A stretch of 64,000 nucleotides of DNA from Escherichia phage EscoHU1, in sequence record NC_133119.1. The stretch is one strand, 5' to 3'. The notes below the pieces were generated by a model. It was not told the DNA's origin. It saw only the letters and a program-made list of their open reading frames with translations, and made no database searches. Below, in pieces: positions 34,708 to 44,364 of this stretch. Both the position numbers and the translations under genes were made by a program. How positions within the stretch are numbered: the first letter of the stretch is position 1; each line of letters starts with the position of its first letter.

Positions 34708-35118
34708 ATGACTACTCCAACTCAGTGGACTGATGAACTGTTCGAAAAAATGTCTTCCGACTACGTTGCTCGTATGGAGCAATTCCCAGAAGATGAGCGT
34801 CCGGGCGTTAGCATGGAAATTGTTAGCGAAATTGCTCAGGAAAATGGTGTAACTCCGAACGGTTTCCGTATGAAGCTGACCAAAGCAGGTCTGTATATCA
34901 AGAAAGCTGCTGGCTCTACTTCTAAATCAAGCGCATCTACTGGAGAAAAAGCTTCTGGTGGTTCTCGTACTTCCAAAGCTCAGGCTCACTCCGATCTTCG
35001 CTCTGCATTCTCTGATGCTGGCTTAGCACCGGACTTCCTGGACGACACGATCATCGACAAGCTGACCGGTAAAGCAGCTGCTCATCTGGCAGAAGCTATC
35101 AGAGCTATTACTAAGTAA
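34708..35118 (+). CDS. hypothetical protein
   Basis: 136 aa, host-like codon usage. Confidence 0.5.
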   Translation: MTTPTQWTDELFEKMSSDYVARMEQFPEDERPGVSMEIVSEIAQENGVTPNGFRMKLTKAGLYIKKAAGSTSKSSASTGEKASGGSRTSKAQAHSDLRSAFSDAGLAPDFLDDTIIDKLTGKAAAHLAEAIRAITK

Positions 35119-35154
35119 TTCTTAGATAAATCCACCAACACAAGGAATACAGTT

Positions 35155-35451
35155 ATGAATAAAGCTGAAATTATTGCTCAATGCGAAAAATTTGGTGAGT
35201 TTTATCTTCATTACGAAAAACTTCGTCAGAAAGGAACCACGTACCTTCAGGGTACTATGGAATTTGATCCAGCTCAGGATAAATACCTGGCTGAGCGTAT
35301 TAAACGTGAGCGCATCCGTAAGCCGAAAGAAGATGAAATCCTCGTTTTCTCTCGTACTAATGATAGCTTCCGTTTCATTCCTGTTGCGAAAGTTCGCCGT
35401 GTGACGAGCCTCCAGTCAGAGTTAGATCGTGCTTCTCCAGTAGGCCGATAA
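35155..35451 (+). CDS. hypothetical protein
   Basis: 98 aa ORF followed by hairpin terminator. Confidence 0.45.
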   Translation: MNKAEIIAQCEKFGEFYLHYEKLRQKGTTYLQGTMEFDPAQDKYLAERIKRERIRKPKEDEILVFSRTNDSFRFIPVAKVRRVTSLQSELDRASPVGR

Positions 35452-35459
35452 GAAACCAA

Positions 35460-35485
35460 TTAGCCCCTATATGGGGCTTTTTGTG
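35460..35485 (+). terminator. intrinsic terminator
   Basis: Hairpin AGCCCC-TATAT-GGGGCT followed by TTTTTG. Confidence 0.55.
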
Positions 35486-35501
35486 TATTTGGGATATGTA
35501 A

Positions 35502-35810
35502 ATGAGCGATCAAGTAAATCAAAACTATGAAGGACACGTTGACGACCAGTCCATCATGCTTTGGGAGAAGGAGGGGGAACAAGTAAGACTAACCGTATCT
35601 GAATTTCGTGGGAATCTATACATGGGAATTCGTTACTGGCTCCAAGATATTACTGGAGAGTGGTTTCCAACGAAATCCGGCTTCTCTTTTCCTTATACCC
35701 TAGAAACTACATCACAGCTATTCTACGCTTTTACGCAAATCCTCAGCGAATCTGAGGTCTTGCATGAAGTACAGAAACGAGCTGAAGAACTCAAAGCCAA
35801 GAATGCCTAG
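35502..35810 (+). CDS. PC4-like ssDNA-binding protein
   Basis: 102 aa; beta-rich core LTVSEFRGNLYMGIRYW...FPTKSGFSF resembling the PC4/p15 fold. Confidence 0.5.
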   Translation: MSDQVNQNYEGHVDDQSIMLWEKEGEQVRLTVSEFRGNLYMGIRYWLQDITGEWFPTKSGFSFPYTLETTSQLFYAFTQILSESEVLHEVQKRAEELKAKNA

Positions 35811-35827
35811 TTCTTGGCTTTTTCTTT
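35794..35827 (+). terminator. intrinsic terminator
   Basis: Hairpin AAGCCAAGAA...TTCTTGGCTT followed by TTTCTTT. Confidence 0.5.
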
Positions 35828-35837
35828 ATAAATGTAC

Positions 35838-35866
35838 TTGCTTTCGACTCAGTTTTCATATATAAT
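35838..35866 (+). promoter_or_regulatory. T5-type early promoter
   Basis: TTGCTT-17-TATAAT then ...TTTATATAAATTGATGAGAGG. Confidence 0.55.
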
Positions 35867-35877
35867 ATTTATATAAA

Positions 35878-36096
35878 TTGATGAGAGGATCAATTATGGC
35901 AATGACAATAACACTTCCAAAGATTCAAGCAAAACTTAATTTGCTCTCCATAGCAAGAATCAATTACCAGGATAGTATCGGCACTCCAAACCAGAAAGCG
36001 TACAAAGATGCGTGGTTGAAAGAAGCTGCTGATTTAGCTGGTATGGCTGCGCAGTATAGTAAAGAACTCAAAATGGAAATCGCAGATGATGAATAA
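35878..36096 (+). CDS. hypothetical protein
   Basis: 72 aa ORF. Confidence 0.4.
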   Translation: MMRGSIMAMTITLPKIQAKLNLLSIARINYQDSIGTPNQKAYKDAWLKEAADLAGMAAQYSKELKMEIADDE

Positions 36097-37060
36097 TGTA
36101 AAAGACTTTATTAAACGTTGTCAAGAAGCGTACTACCAGGGAATGAGTCTTATTTCCGATGAAGAATATGATCGTCTGATTAAAAGATTCCCACTAGAGG
36201 AAGAAATCGGACCGAAAGGTGATATCCCTCATTTGTATCGTATGTATTCTTTGCAGAAAGTCTATTACGATCGTGGTGATAAAGCTCCATTCAACCCACT
36301 TGGTCAGGTTGAAACTGATAAGTTAGATGGTTGTGCGATTTCTCTATTATATATTAATGGTGAGTTTGTTCAAGCGTTAACTCGTGGTAACGGTATTCTA
36401 GGGAATGATGTAACGCATAATGTTAAAATGCTGAACATCCCCAAAACTATTTCCCAAAAAGTACCAACTCAAATCACTGGTGAAGTTCTCATTACTAAAG
36501 AAGTAGAGAACAAACGTAACTATGCTTCTGGTGCTATTAACCTGAAAGATAGTGATGATTTCATGCAACGTATTGGTGAAGGTGGTTTAATCTTCGTTGC
36601 ATATGGTATCCAGTGTTCAGCGGAAACAGTCGGTATTACAGAAGCCTATTTAAAAGATATGCTTTGGCTAGAGAATGAGAACTTCTTGACAGTTATTAAT
36701 GTTCGTTCCTTCTTTAAATGGATTCCGACAGATGGTAAAGTTGTTCGCATTAACGACAACAATAAATTCTTCCGTGAAGGTTGGACTAATAAATTTCCTC
36801 GTGGTGCATTTGCTATTAAAGAGGATGAAGAAGGCGAAATTACCACACTTGTTAAAGTTGAATGGCAAGTAGGGGCTTCTGGTAAAGTAACTCCAGTTGG
36901 TTATTTCGAACCGGTGATTATTGATGATGCCACAATCGTTAAAGCAACTCTTAATAACGTTGATTATATTAACGCTCTCGATTTAGAGATCGGTTGCCAG
37001 ATTCGAGTGATTCGTGCTGGTGGTGTAATCCCTTGTATAGTAGAGCGAGTATACGACTAA
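36086..37060 (+). CDS. NAD-dependent DNA ligase, N-terminal adenylation/OB portion
   Basis: Adenylation motif TDKLDGCAIS (KxDG) and motif-III-like block. Confidence 0.7.
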   Translation: MMNNVKDFIKRCQEAYYQGMSLISDEEYDRLIKRFPLEEEIGPKGDIPHLYRMYSLQKVYYDRGDKAPFNPLGQVETDKLDGCAISLLYINGEFVQALTRGNGILGNDVTHNVKMLNIPKTISQKVPTQITGEVLITKEVENKRNYASGAINLKDSDDFMQRIGEGGLIFVAYGIQCSAETVGITEAYLKDMLWLENENFLTVINVRSFFKWIPTDGKVVRINDNNKFFREGWTNKFPRGAFAIKEDEEGEITTLVKVEWQVGASGKVTPVGYFEPVIIDDATIVKATLNNVDYINALDLEIGCQIRVIRAGGVIPCIVERVYD

Positions 37061-37110
37061 TTCGTAACCCTTTGCTACCCGTTTACCATGTCGGAATTAT
37101 AAAGTGGTTA

Positions 37111-37139
37111 TTGACATTTTCGCCGCTTAGGTATATACT
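37111..37139 (+). promoter_or_regulatory. sigma70-like promoter (TTGACA-17-TATACT)
   Basis: TTGACATTTTCGCCG block shared with the promoter at 7856. Confidence 0.45.
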
Positions 37140-37203
37140 ATTATCATTCAGTTGAGGGATAGAAAGTTATGGCGAGGGTAAGCAAAGTTAGTTAAAATTG
37201 TAG

Positions 37204-37232
37204 TTGCTAAATGCTTAAATACTTGCTATAAT
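37204..37232 (+). promoter_or_regulatory. T5-type early promoter
   Basis: TTGCTA-17-TATAAT then ...TTTATATAAATTGATAAGGAAG and ATG 37263. Confidence 0.5.
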
Positions 37233-37262
37233 ATTTATATAAATTGATAAGGAAGAAATTTG

Positions 37263-38042
37263 ATGAAAATCGAAATTCCAACACAATGTCCCTCTTGTGG
37301 TTCTAAGCTAGATCTTGTCAACGGGCAATTATTCTGTAGGAATAAGTCCAACTGTCCAGCGCAATCAAGTAAGTTAATCGAGAACTTCTGCACAAAAATG
37401 AAGTTAAAGGGCTTTGGCCCGAAAACTATTGAGAAGCTGGAACTGACTAAGATCTCAGAACTGTTTTACCTGACCGAAGAAGATTTGGTCGGAGCTGTGG
37501 GTAGCAAGGTTGCCGCTAAGTTGATTAGCGAGTTAAATACTAAGGTTCGCGGAGACATTGACTTTGGTTCGGTTCTCGGTTCTTTAGGAATTCCTCTTAT
37601 TGGAGAGGTTGCAGCAAAGAAACTGTCCCAAAATTGCACTAGCTTCCACGATGTGAAGGCTGACGGCAAGGCTGGAGAAAATTACAAAACCTGGCTAAAT
37701 TCCCCACAAGGCAAGGATGTTATTGAATTACCATGGAAATTCTCAACTGGTATTCGAGGTACTAAAGCTGATATCATCATTACGGATGATTTAGTTGCCC
37801 AGCCAAATGGAATCACGATCTGTATTACCGGATCTTTGCAAGATTTTGCAAATCGAACGGATGCAACAAACTATTTAGAAAGTCTAGGATATACGGTTAA
37901 GAAATCCGTTACCAAAGACGTCAAATACCTAATCTGTGAGGATGAATCAAAACGTTCTTCCTCATCTTATAAGAAAGCCGAAACGAATGGGATAGAAATC
38001 CTGTCGATTAAAGAACTATTGGAGAAAAATAATAATGTCTAA
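37263..38042 (+). CDS. NAD-dependent DNA ligase, C-terminal zinc-finger/HhH/BRCT portion
   Basis: C4 zinc finger CPSCGSKLD...CRNKSNCP, helix-hairpin-helix-like GFGPKTIEKL, C-terminal BRCT-like region. Confidence 0.65.
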   Translation: MKIEIPTQCPSCGSKLDLVNGQLFCRNKSNCPAQSSKLIENFCTKMKLKGFGPKTIEKLELTKISELFYLTEEDLVGAVGSKVAAKLISELNTKVRGDIDFGSVLGSLGIPLIGEVAAKKLSQNCTSFHDVKADGKAGENYKTWLNSPQGKDVIELPWKFSTGIRGTKADIIITDDLVAQPNGITICITGSLQDFANRTDATNYLESLGYTVKKSVTKDVKYLICEDESKRSSSSYKKAETNGIEILSIKELLEKNNNV

Positions 38043-38802
38043 ACTGAACTGGAACGTAGAAGGTGTAACCGAGTCTCTGAAAGCAAAAGCCACTGCTCTG
38101 GGTGTTGCTGTAATCTCTCAAGAACAAGTAGCTGCTATCGCTGCTGAACTGGCTACCGAGACTGGTAAAGACGTTACCGCTCGCTCTGTTGGCTCTAAGC
38201 TGCGTAAAGAAGGTTTCGAAGTACAGAAAGCTAACGAAGTACAGAAATCCCCGTGGACTCCTGAGCAGGAAGCTGAACTAGTTGATTTCCTGAACGCTCA
38301 TGCTGGTCAGTATACTTACGCTGAAATCGCTGCTGCTGTAGCTGGTGGTCAGTTCGGTGCTAAGCAGGTACAGGGTAAGATCCTGAGTCTGGAAATGACC
38401 ACTTCTGTTAAGCCAACTGAAAAAGCTGCTGCTGTTCGTTCCTTCACTCCGGACGAAGAAACTGACTTCGTTAATCAGGTTGTTGCTGGTGCTACTATTG
38501 AAGCTATCGCTGCTCACTTCGGTCGCAATATTAAGCAGATCCGTGGTAAAGCTCTGAGCCTGCTTCGTGAAGGTCGTATCGCTGCTATGCCGGTACAGGA
38601 AACTTCAAGTGCTAAAACTCGTGAAGATCTGTTAGAAGGTCTGGATCTGGCTAACATGACTGTTGCTGAGATCGCTGAGAAAACTGGTAAGTCTGAGCGC
38701 GGTGTTAAGTCTATGCTGTCTCGTCGTGGTCTGGTTGCTAAGGACTATGATGGTGCCGCTAAGCGTGCTAAACTGGATGCAAAAGCTGCGGCTGCTGAAT
38801 AA
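38035..38802 (+). CDS. hypothetical protein with three to four internal HTH-like repeats
   Basis: Repeated about 60-aa unit (..AEIAAA..G....KQ..GK.LSL..); strongly biased host-like codon usage. Confidence 0.45.
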   Translation: MSKLNWNVEGVTESLKAKATALGVAVISQEQVAAIAAELATETGKDVTARSVGSKLRKEGFEVQKANEVQKSPWTPEQEAELVDFLNAHAGQYTYAEIAAAVAGGQFGAKQVQGKILSLEMTTSVKPTEKAAAVRSFTPDEETDFVNQVVAGATIEAIAAHFGRNIKQIRGKALSLLREGRIAAMPVQETSSAKTREDLLEGLDLANMTVAEIAEKTGKSERGVKSMLSRRGLVAKDYDGAAKRAKLDAKAAAAE

Positions 38803-38817
38803 TCTGGTAAATTAAAC

Positions 38818-38852
38818 CTAAGGGGAGGGGGCTATGCTCCTTCCCCTTTTTG
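38818..38852 (+). terminator. intrinsic terminator
   Basis: Hairpin AAGGGGAGG...CCTTCCCCTT followed by TTTTG. Confidence 0.55.
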
Positions 38853-38884
38853 CATTTAGAAGGCACGAAAGCGTGCAAAGGAGA

Positions 38885-40357
38885 ATGACCTTGTTTAACG
38901 TGCAAGCTGTAGTGTTGAAGATGCTTCTCGCTTCTGAACAGAAGCAAATAGCATTGGAAACATTCTCAAAACTGCATAAAGATCATTTTAATGACGCTTT
39001 CTCCTCAATTTACCAAGCCGTCCAGAATTATTATAAGAAATATAACGCAATGCCGTCCATTGACGCACTGATGCTTGAGGCCAATAGGAACGCCCGCCTT
39101 TCTCAAGCTCTTGTCGTCTTAGCTAACACTCAAATTCCAGAAGTGAGCATGGAACAGGCGCTTGAAGTCCTAGAAGCCGAATATACACAGGATCTATTCC
39201 TGAAACTTCTAGAAACAGACGTGCTTCAAGATTTAACAATGCTGGATCAGGGAGAAATTCTCAACCGAGTTGCCTCCCTTCACTTAAAATTAGAAGAGAA
39301 AGTAACGAATACTGGAAAGGTATTCAACGCAGACACAATGCGTATTTTCCAGAGAGAAGAAGATACCAAACTGAACTTGATCGCTCTTGGTATTTGTAAT
39401 GAGTTCGACGCTCAAATTGGTTTAGCTCGCACAGAAACGTTACTGCTTGGTGGTTGGCGTGGTACTGGTAAATCCATTATCTGTTCAAACATACAGGTTC
39501 AGCAATATTTGAATGGAGACATTGCTCCATACTTCTCAATTGAGATGAAAGAGCACGAAGTGTTTAGACGTAATCTGGCTATGTTAGCTGGAGTATCTGC
39601 ATTAGCAATGCGTAATAACACTCTTGAAGGTGCTGCTCTGTTGAGATTAGCCAGAACTAGGGCTAGGATGTTTAATGGGGGTGAAGAGCTTTTCGATAAC
39701 TTCGTTAAGCAATACACTATGGCTAAAATGAGTGACTTCTATGATATGGAAAGTAAACTCCTTGAAGGCTATGAGCTTCACACTCCTATGATCATCGTTT
39801 ACGATCCTGAACTGTCTATTACGACGGTTGACGTAGAATTAAATAAACTAGTTGCTAAATATGGTGATAAGGTTACTGTAGCTCTTCTAGACTATATTAA
39901 CCAAACAAGACTTCCAGATTCAAAGACCATTGATATGTATGACTGGAAAGAACAGATGGTTGTTAGTTCATCTTTCAAATCTATCTGCCAGAAACATAAC
40001 GTGGCTGGTGTTGCCCCTTACCAGATTGACCAAGATGGTAGAACGCGTATGTCTAAAGGGATTCTTGATTCCGCAGATATGGCTGCTAATCTTAATGCTG
40101 CAAAAGCTGATAACGGTCAAGGTGCTATTATGTTTGACTTCGTTAAGACTCGTTCCTCTGATAGCGTGAAGTTTATGCCTAAGATGAACTGGGAAACTCT
40201 GCGAATGGATAACACTACCAACCTAGCAATGGAAGATATTGCGCAAATGGAAGCTGAGTTCGTTATTCCGATTGAAAAGGATAAACCAGCTCAACCTAAA
40301 CGTGCTAAGAAAGACAAAGCTGAAAATTCAACAGGTGAACAGGCCAGCGATATATGA
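38885..40357 (+). CDS. DnaB-like replicative helicase (RecA-fold ATPase)
   Basis: Walker A LGGWRGTGKS and FSIEMK (DnaB H1a-like); start placed after the terminator hairpin. Confidence 0.5.
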   Translation: MTLFNVQAVVLKMLLASEQKQIALETFSKLHKDHFNDAFSSIYQAVQNYYKKYNAMPSIDALMLEANRNARLSQALVVLANTQIPEVSMEQALEVLEAEYTQDLFLKLLETDVLQDLTMLDQGEILNRVASLHLKLEEKVTNTGKVFNADTMRIFQREEDTKLNLIALGICNEFDAQIGLARTETLLLGGWRGTGKSIICSNIQVQQYLNGDIAPYFSIEMKEHEVFRRNLAMLAGVSALAMRNNTLEGAALLRLARTRARMFNGGEELFDNFVKQYTMAKMSDFYDMESKLLEGYELHTPMIIVYDPELSITTVDVELNKLVAKYGDKVTVALLDYINQTRLPDSKTIDMYDWKEQMVVSSSFKSICQKHNVAGVAPYQIDQDGRTRMSKGILDSADMAANLNAAKADNGQGAIMFDFVKTRSSDSVKFMPKMNWETLRMDNTTNLAMEDIAQMEAEFVIPIEKDKPAQPKRAKKDKAENSTGEQASDI

Positions 40358-41244
40358 GTAGAATAACAGAACTACTTGATCTGAAAGGCATTGAATACAA
40401 AGACACAGGTGGGGACATCCTCATCTGTTGTCTCAATCCAGATCATGATGATAAACATCCAAGCTTGCGTATTGATCCTGAATCAGGTATTATGCATTGC
40501 TTGAGCTGTGGCTTCGGTAGAGGAATACCGAGCATTTACCATTATTTTAATGAGACTCAGTACAGACAGTCACCAAGATTGTCACAAGTACGTAAAAAGA
40601 TTTCAGAGATTAGGAATGGATCTACGAATCTTGCAATTCCTGAATCTGCTTACCTTTTCGAAGGTGATTTCCGAGGTATCAGTTCTAAGACCTTGAAGAA
40701 ATATTTTGCTTTCCAACATCAAGCAGACTGGGAAGGCAGAATTGTATTCCCAATAACAGATGCTGTTGGACGCAATATCCTATTTCTGGGACGTTCTATA
40801 AACAGTTCTGCCCCTCCTAAATACTTAGTAAAACCAAAACAAGTTTCACCACCGATTTTCCCTGTACGATATAATACACCAGTTCTTGTTCTAGTTGAAG
40901 GTATCTTTGATATGTTAAATCTAGAAGATAACGGTGTGGATTATGCTTCTTGCTGCTTTGGTACACATCAGTTTACATCTGATAACATTGCTGATAAGTT
41001 CAGTCCTTACATTATTGCTGGAGTAAGAGTAGTTGTTATCTTGCTAGATAATGATGCCTCTGGTAATAAAGCTGCCCAAGCACTAGCGAAGCTAATTCGT
41101 ACAAAAACACGTTTAACACCTGTAGTTGGTAACTTCCTTCTTCCAGAAGGCAAAGACCCAGGTGACTTAAATAAAGAAGAGATCGATATGTTGGCTCAAC
41201 GTATTGAAATTTTAGTTGCCGAATCGCTCAAAGATTTGGTATAA
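40354..41244 (+). CDS. DnaG-like DNA primase
   Basis: Zinc-binding CHC2-type motif (CLNPDHDDKHPS...HCLSCG) and Toprim region (VLVEGIFD...LDNDASG). Confidence 0.65.
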   Translation: MSRITELLDLKGIEYKDTGGDILICCLNPDHDDKHPSLRIDPESGIMHCLSCGFGRGIPSIYHYFNETQYRQSPRLSQVRKKISEIRNGSTNLAIPESAYLFEGDFRGISSKTLKKYFAFQHQADWEGRIVFPITDAVGRNILFLGRSINSSAPPKYLVKPKQVSPPIFPVRYNTPVLVLVEGIFDMLNLEDNGVDYASCCFGTHQFTSDNIADKFSPYIIAGVRVVVILLDNDASGNKAAQALAKLIRTKTRLTPVVGNFLLPEGKDPGDLNKEEIDMLAQRIEILVAESLKDLV

Positions 41245-41306
41245 TATATTGGTAAGTTAGAGAAGAAACACTGAAGTTATACTTACTTACCAAAAGGAGA
41301 CTAAAT

Positions 41307-43874
41307 TTGAAAATTGCAGTAGTTGATAAAGCTCTAAATAACACTCGTTATGATAAACACTTCCAGCTCTATGGTGAGGAAGTCGATGTATTCCACATGT
41401 GTAACGAGAAGTTATCTGGCCGTTTGCTGAAAAAGCATATTACAATCGGAACTCCAGATAACCCGTTCGATCCGAACGATTACGATTTTGTTGTGCTAGT
41501 TGGTGCTGAACCTTTCCTGTATTTCGCAGGTAAGAAAGGTATTGGTGATTATACTGGTAAACGTGTAGAGCATGGCGGCTATGCCAACTGGATTGCAAGT
41601 ATTAGTCCAGCTCAGTTACACTTTAAACCTGAAATGAAACCAGTTTTCGATGCAACTGTAGAAAGTATTCACGATATTATTAATGGTCGTGAGAAGATTG
41701 CAAAAGCTGGTGATTATCGTCCCATTACTGATCCAGATGAAGCGGAAGAATACATTAAGATGGTGTATAACATGGTTATCGGACCTATCGCATTCGACTC
41801 CGAAACCTCAGCTTTATACGCTCGTGATGGTTATCTGCTTGGTGTTTCTATGTCTCACCAAGAGTATCAGGGTGTTTATATTGACTCTGACAGCATCACC
41901 GAAGTAGCTGTACATTATCTCCAGAAAATTCTGGATAGCAAGAATCATCAGATCGTTTTCCATAACTTGAAGTTCGATATGCACTTTTACTCCTATCATC
42001 TAGGACTCTCCTTTGAGAAAGCACATAAAGAGCGTAGACTTCATGATACCATGTTACAACACTATGTTCTCGATGAACGTCGTGGTACTCACGGCTTGAA
42101 ATCTCTGGCTATGAAGTATACTGACATGGGCGATTACGACTTTGAACTGGATAAGTTCAAGGATGATTATTGCAAGGCACATAAGATCAAAAAAGAGGAT
42201 TTCAGCTATGATCTGATTCCATTTGATATTATGTGGCCATATGCTGCAAAGGATACCGATGCTACTCTGCGTCTGCATAACTTCTTCTTATCGAAAATTG
42301 AGAAGAATGAAAAACTTTGCAGTCTATACTATGATGTTCTAATGCCTGGTTGTGTATTCCTGCAACGTGTTGAAGATCGTGGTGTACCGATTTCTGTTGA
42401 TCGCTTGAAAGAAGCTCAGTATCAATTAACTCATAACCTGAACAAGGCTCGTGAGAAGCTGTATACTTATCCAGAAGTCGTTCAGCTAGAGAAAGATCAG
42501 AATGAAGCGTTTAACCCGAACTCTGTTAAGCAACTTCGTGTTCTTCTGTTTGATTATGTTGGTTTGACTCCAACAGGTAAACTGACGGATACAGGTGCAG
42601 ATTCTACAAACGCAGAAGCTCTGAACGAACTAGCTACTCAGCACCCGATTGCTAAAACTCTGCTAGAGATTCGTAAGCTGACTAAGCTGATCTCTACTTA
42701 TGTTGAGAAGATTCTTCTGAGCATCGATGCAGATGGTTGCATTCGTACTGGCTTCCACGAACACATGACTACTTCTGGTCGTCTGAGTTCTTCTGGTAAG
42801 CTGAACCTGCAACAGTTACCACGTGATGAATCTATTATCAAGGGTTGTGTAGTAGCTCCTCCTGGATATCGTGTAATCGCATGGGACTTAACAACTGCGG
42901 AAGTTTATTACGCTGCTGTACTGTCTGGTGACAGAAACATGCAACAAGTATTTATCAACATGAAGAATGAGCCGGATAAATACCCTGACTTCCACTCAAA
43001 CATCGCACACATGGTATTTAAACTGACCTGTGAACCACGTGATGTTAAAAAGCTGTTCCCAGCTCTGCGTCAGGCTGCTAAGGCAATTACCTTCGGTATT
43101 CTGTATGGTTCTGGCCCAGCGAAAGTAGCTCATTCTGTTAACGAAGCTCTTCTGGAACAGGCTGCTAAGACAGGCGAACCGTTTGTTGAATGTACCGTTG
43201 CAGATGCTAAGGACTATATCGAAACTTACTTCGGTCAGTTCCCTCAGCTTAAGCGTTGGATTGATAAGTGCCACGATCAGATCAAGAACTTTGGATTCAT
43301 CTATAGTCACTTTGGTCGTAAGCGTCGTCTGCACAACATCCATTCCGAAGATCGTGGTGTTCAGGGTGAAGAAATCCGTTCTGGATTTAACGCAATCATT
43401 CAGTCTGCATCTTCTGATAGCCTGTTGTTAGGTGCTATTGATGCTGATGAAGAAATCCTGTCACTGGGTCTAGGAAAAGAGATGAAGATCGTCATGTTGG
43501 TTCACGACTCCGTGGTTGCCATTGTACGTGAAGATCTGATCGATCAGTATAACGAGATTCTGATTCGTAGCATCCAGAAGGATCGTGGTATTAGTATCCC
43601 TGGCTGCCCAATCGGTATTGATTCTGATTCTGAGAAAGGTGGTTCTCGTGACTACTCTTGTGGTAAGATGAAGAAACAGCACCCATCAATCGCTTGTATT
43701 GATGATGATGAGTATACTCGTTATGTTAAGGGTGTATTACTCGATGCAGATTTCGAGTATAAGAAGTTAGCTGCAATGGATAAAGAGCATCCAGACCACA
43801 GCAAGTACAAGGATGATAAGTTTATTGCTGTATGTAAAGATCTGGATAATGTGAAAAGGATTTTAGGTGCTTGA
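41307..43874 (+). CDS. DNA polymerase (family A) with 3'-5' exonuclease domain
   Basis: 855 aa; exo motif AFDSETS and Pol A blocks (RQAAKAITFGILYGSG, VHDS); TTG start with AAGGAGA RBS. Confidence 0.85.
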   Translation: MKIAVVDKALNNTRYDKHFQLYGEEVDVFHMCNEKLSGRLLKKHITIGTPDNPFDPNDYDFVVLVGAEPFLYFAGKKGIGDYTGKRVEHGGYANWIASISPAQLHFKPEMKPVFDATVESIHDIINGREKIAKAGDYRPITDPDEAEEYIKMVYNMVIGPIAFDSETSALYARDGYLLGVSMSHQEYQGVYIDSDSITEVAVHYLQKILDSKNHQIVFHNLKFDMHFYSYHLGLSFEKAHKERRLHDTMLQHYVLDERRGTHGLKSLAMKYTDMGDYDFELDKFKDDYCKAHKIKKEDFSYDLIPFDIMWPYAAKDTDATLRLHNFFLSKIEKNEKLCSLYYDVLMPGCVFLQRVEDRGVPISVDRLKEAQYQLTHNLNKAREKLYTYPEVVQLEKDQNEAFNPNSVKQLRVLLFDYVGLTPTGKLTDTGADSTNAEALNELATQHPIAKTLLEIRKLTKLISTYVEKILLSIDADGCIRTGFHEHMTTSGRLSSSGKLNLQQLPRDESIIKGCVVAPPGYRVIAWDLTTAEVYYAAVLSGDRNMQQVFINMKNEPDKYPDFHSNIAHMVFKLTCEPRDVKKLFPALRQAAKAITFGILYGSGPAKVAHSVNEALLEQAAKTGEPFVECTVADAKDYIETYFGQFPQLKRWIDKCHDQIKNFGFIYSHFGRKRRLHNIHSEDRGVQGEEIRSGFNAIIQSASSDSLLLGAIDADEEILSLGLGKEMKIVMLVHDSVVAIVREDLIDQYNEILIRSIQKDRGISIPGCPIGIDSDSEKGGSRDYSCGKMKKQHPSIACIDDDEYTRYVKGVLLDADFEYKKLAAMDKEHPDHSKYKDDKFIAVCKDLDNVKRILGA

Positions 43875-44364
43875 TTTCAAATTGCCCGTATATGCTTTAC
43901 GGGCGTTTGTATCAATTGAGCAGGAAGGTGATTATTCCATAATTACAACAAGGTATAATAAATATGTGTTAGATAACAGGGAGTTGCCTGGCACATTCTC
44001 TCAACGTAGGTTAGCCTTATTTGAGAAGCGGAAAGAATTACCTTATAAGCTCTATCCTATTCGTGGTAGAATATCAATGTTGTCCCAATTAGTTGGGTCA
44101 AAGCGTAGCCAGTTCATAGATTCTGATGGAAATCTCATTAACTGGAAGAAAACTACGTTCTATGATGTTATCACATCTAAAGTTCTGCATTCTGCAAGAA
44201 TTTATAATGGAAAGTATCAATGCTATGTGGCTAAAGTCCCGTATCCATTCGTGCTATCCTATGTTCCAGCTTATATAAGCTATATTCTGGTAAATAATAG
44301 CCCTGTTATTTATCAAGTCCATCAAGAGGAGCCTGAAATTCCTAGACTTAGAATAAAATTATGA
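43867..44364 (+). CDS. hypothetical protein
   Basis: 165 aa ORF between polymerase and helicase genes. Confidence 0.45.
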   Translation: MLDFKLPVYALRAFVSIEQEGDYSIITTRYNKYVLDNRELPGTFSQRRLALFEKRKELPYKLYPIRGRISMLSQLVGSKRSQFIDSDGNLINWKKTTFYDVITSKVLHSARIYNGKYQCYVAKVPYPFVLSYVPAYISYILVNNSPVIYQVHQEEPEIPRLRIKL

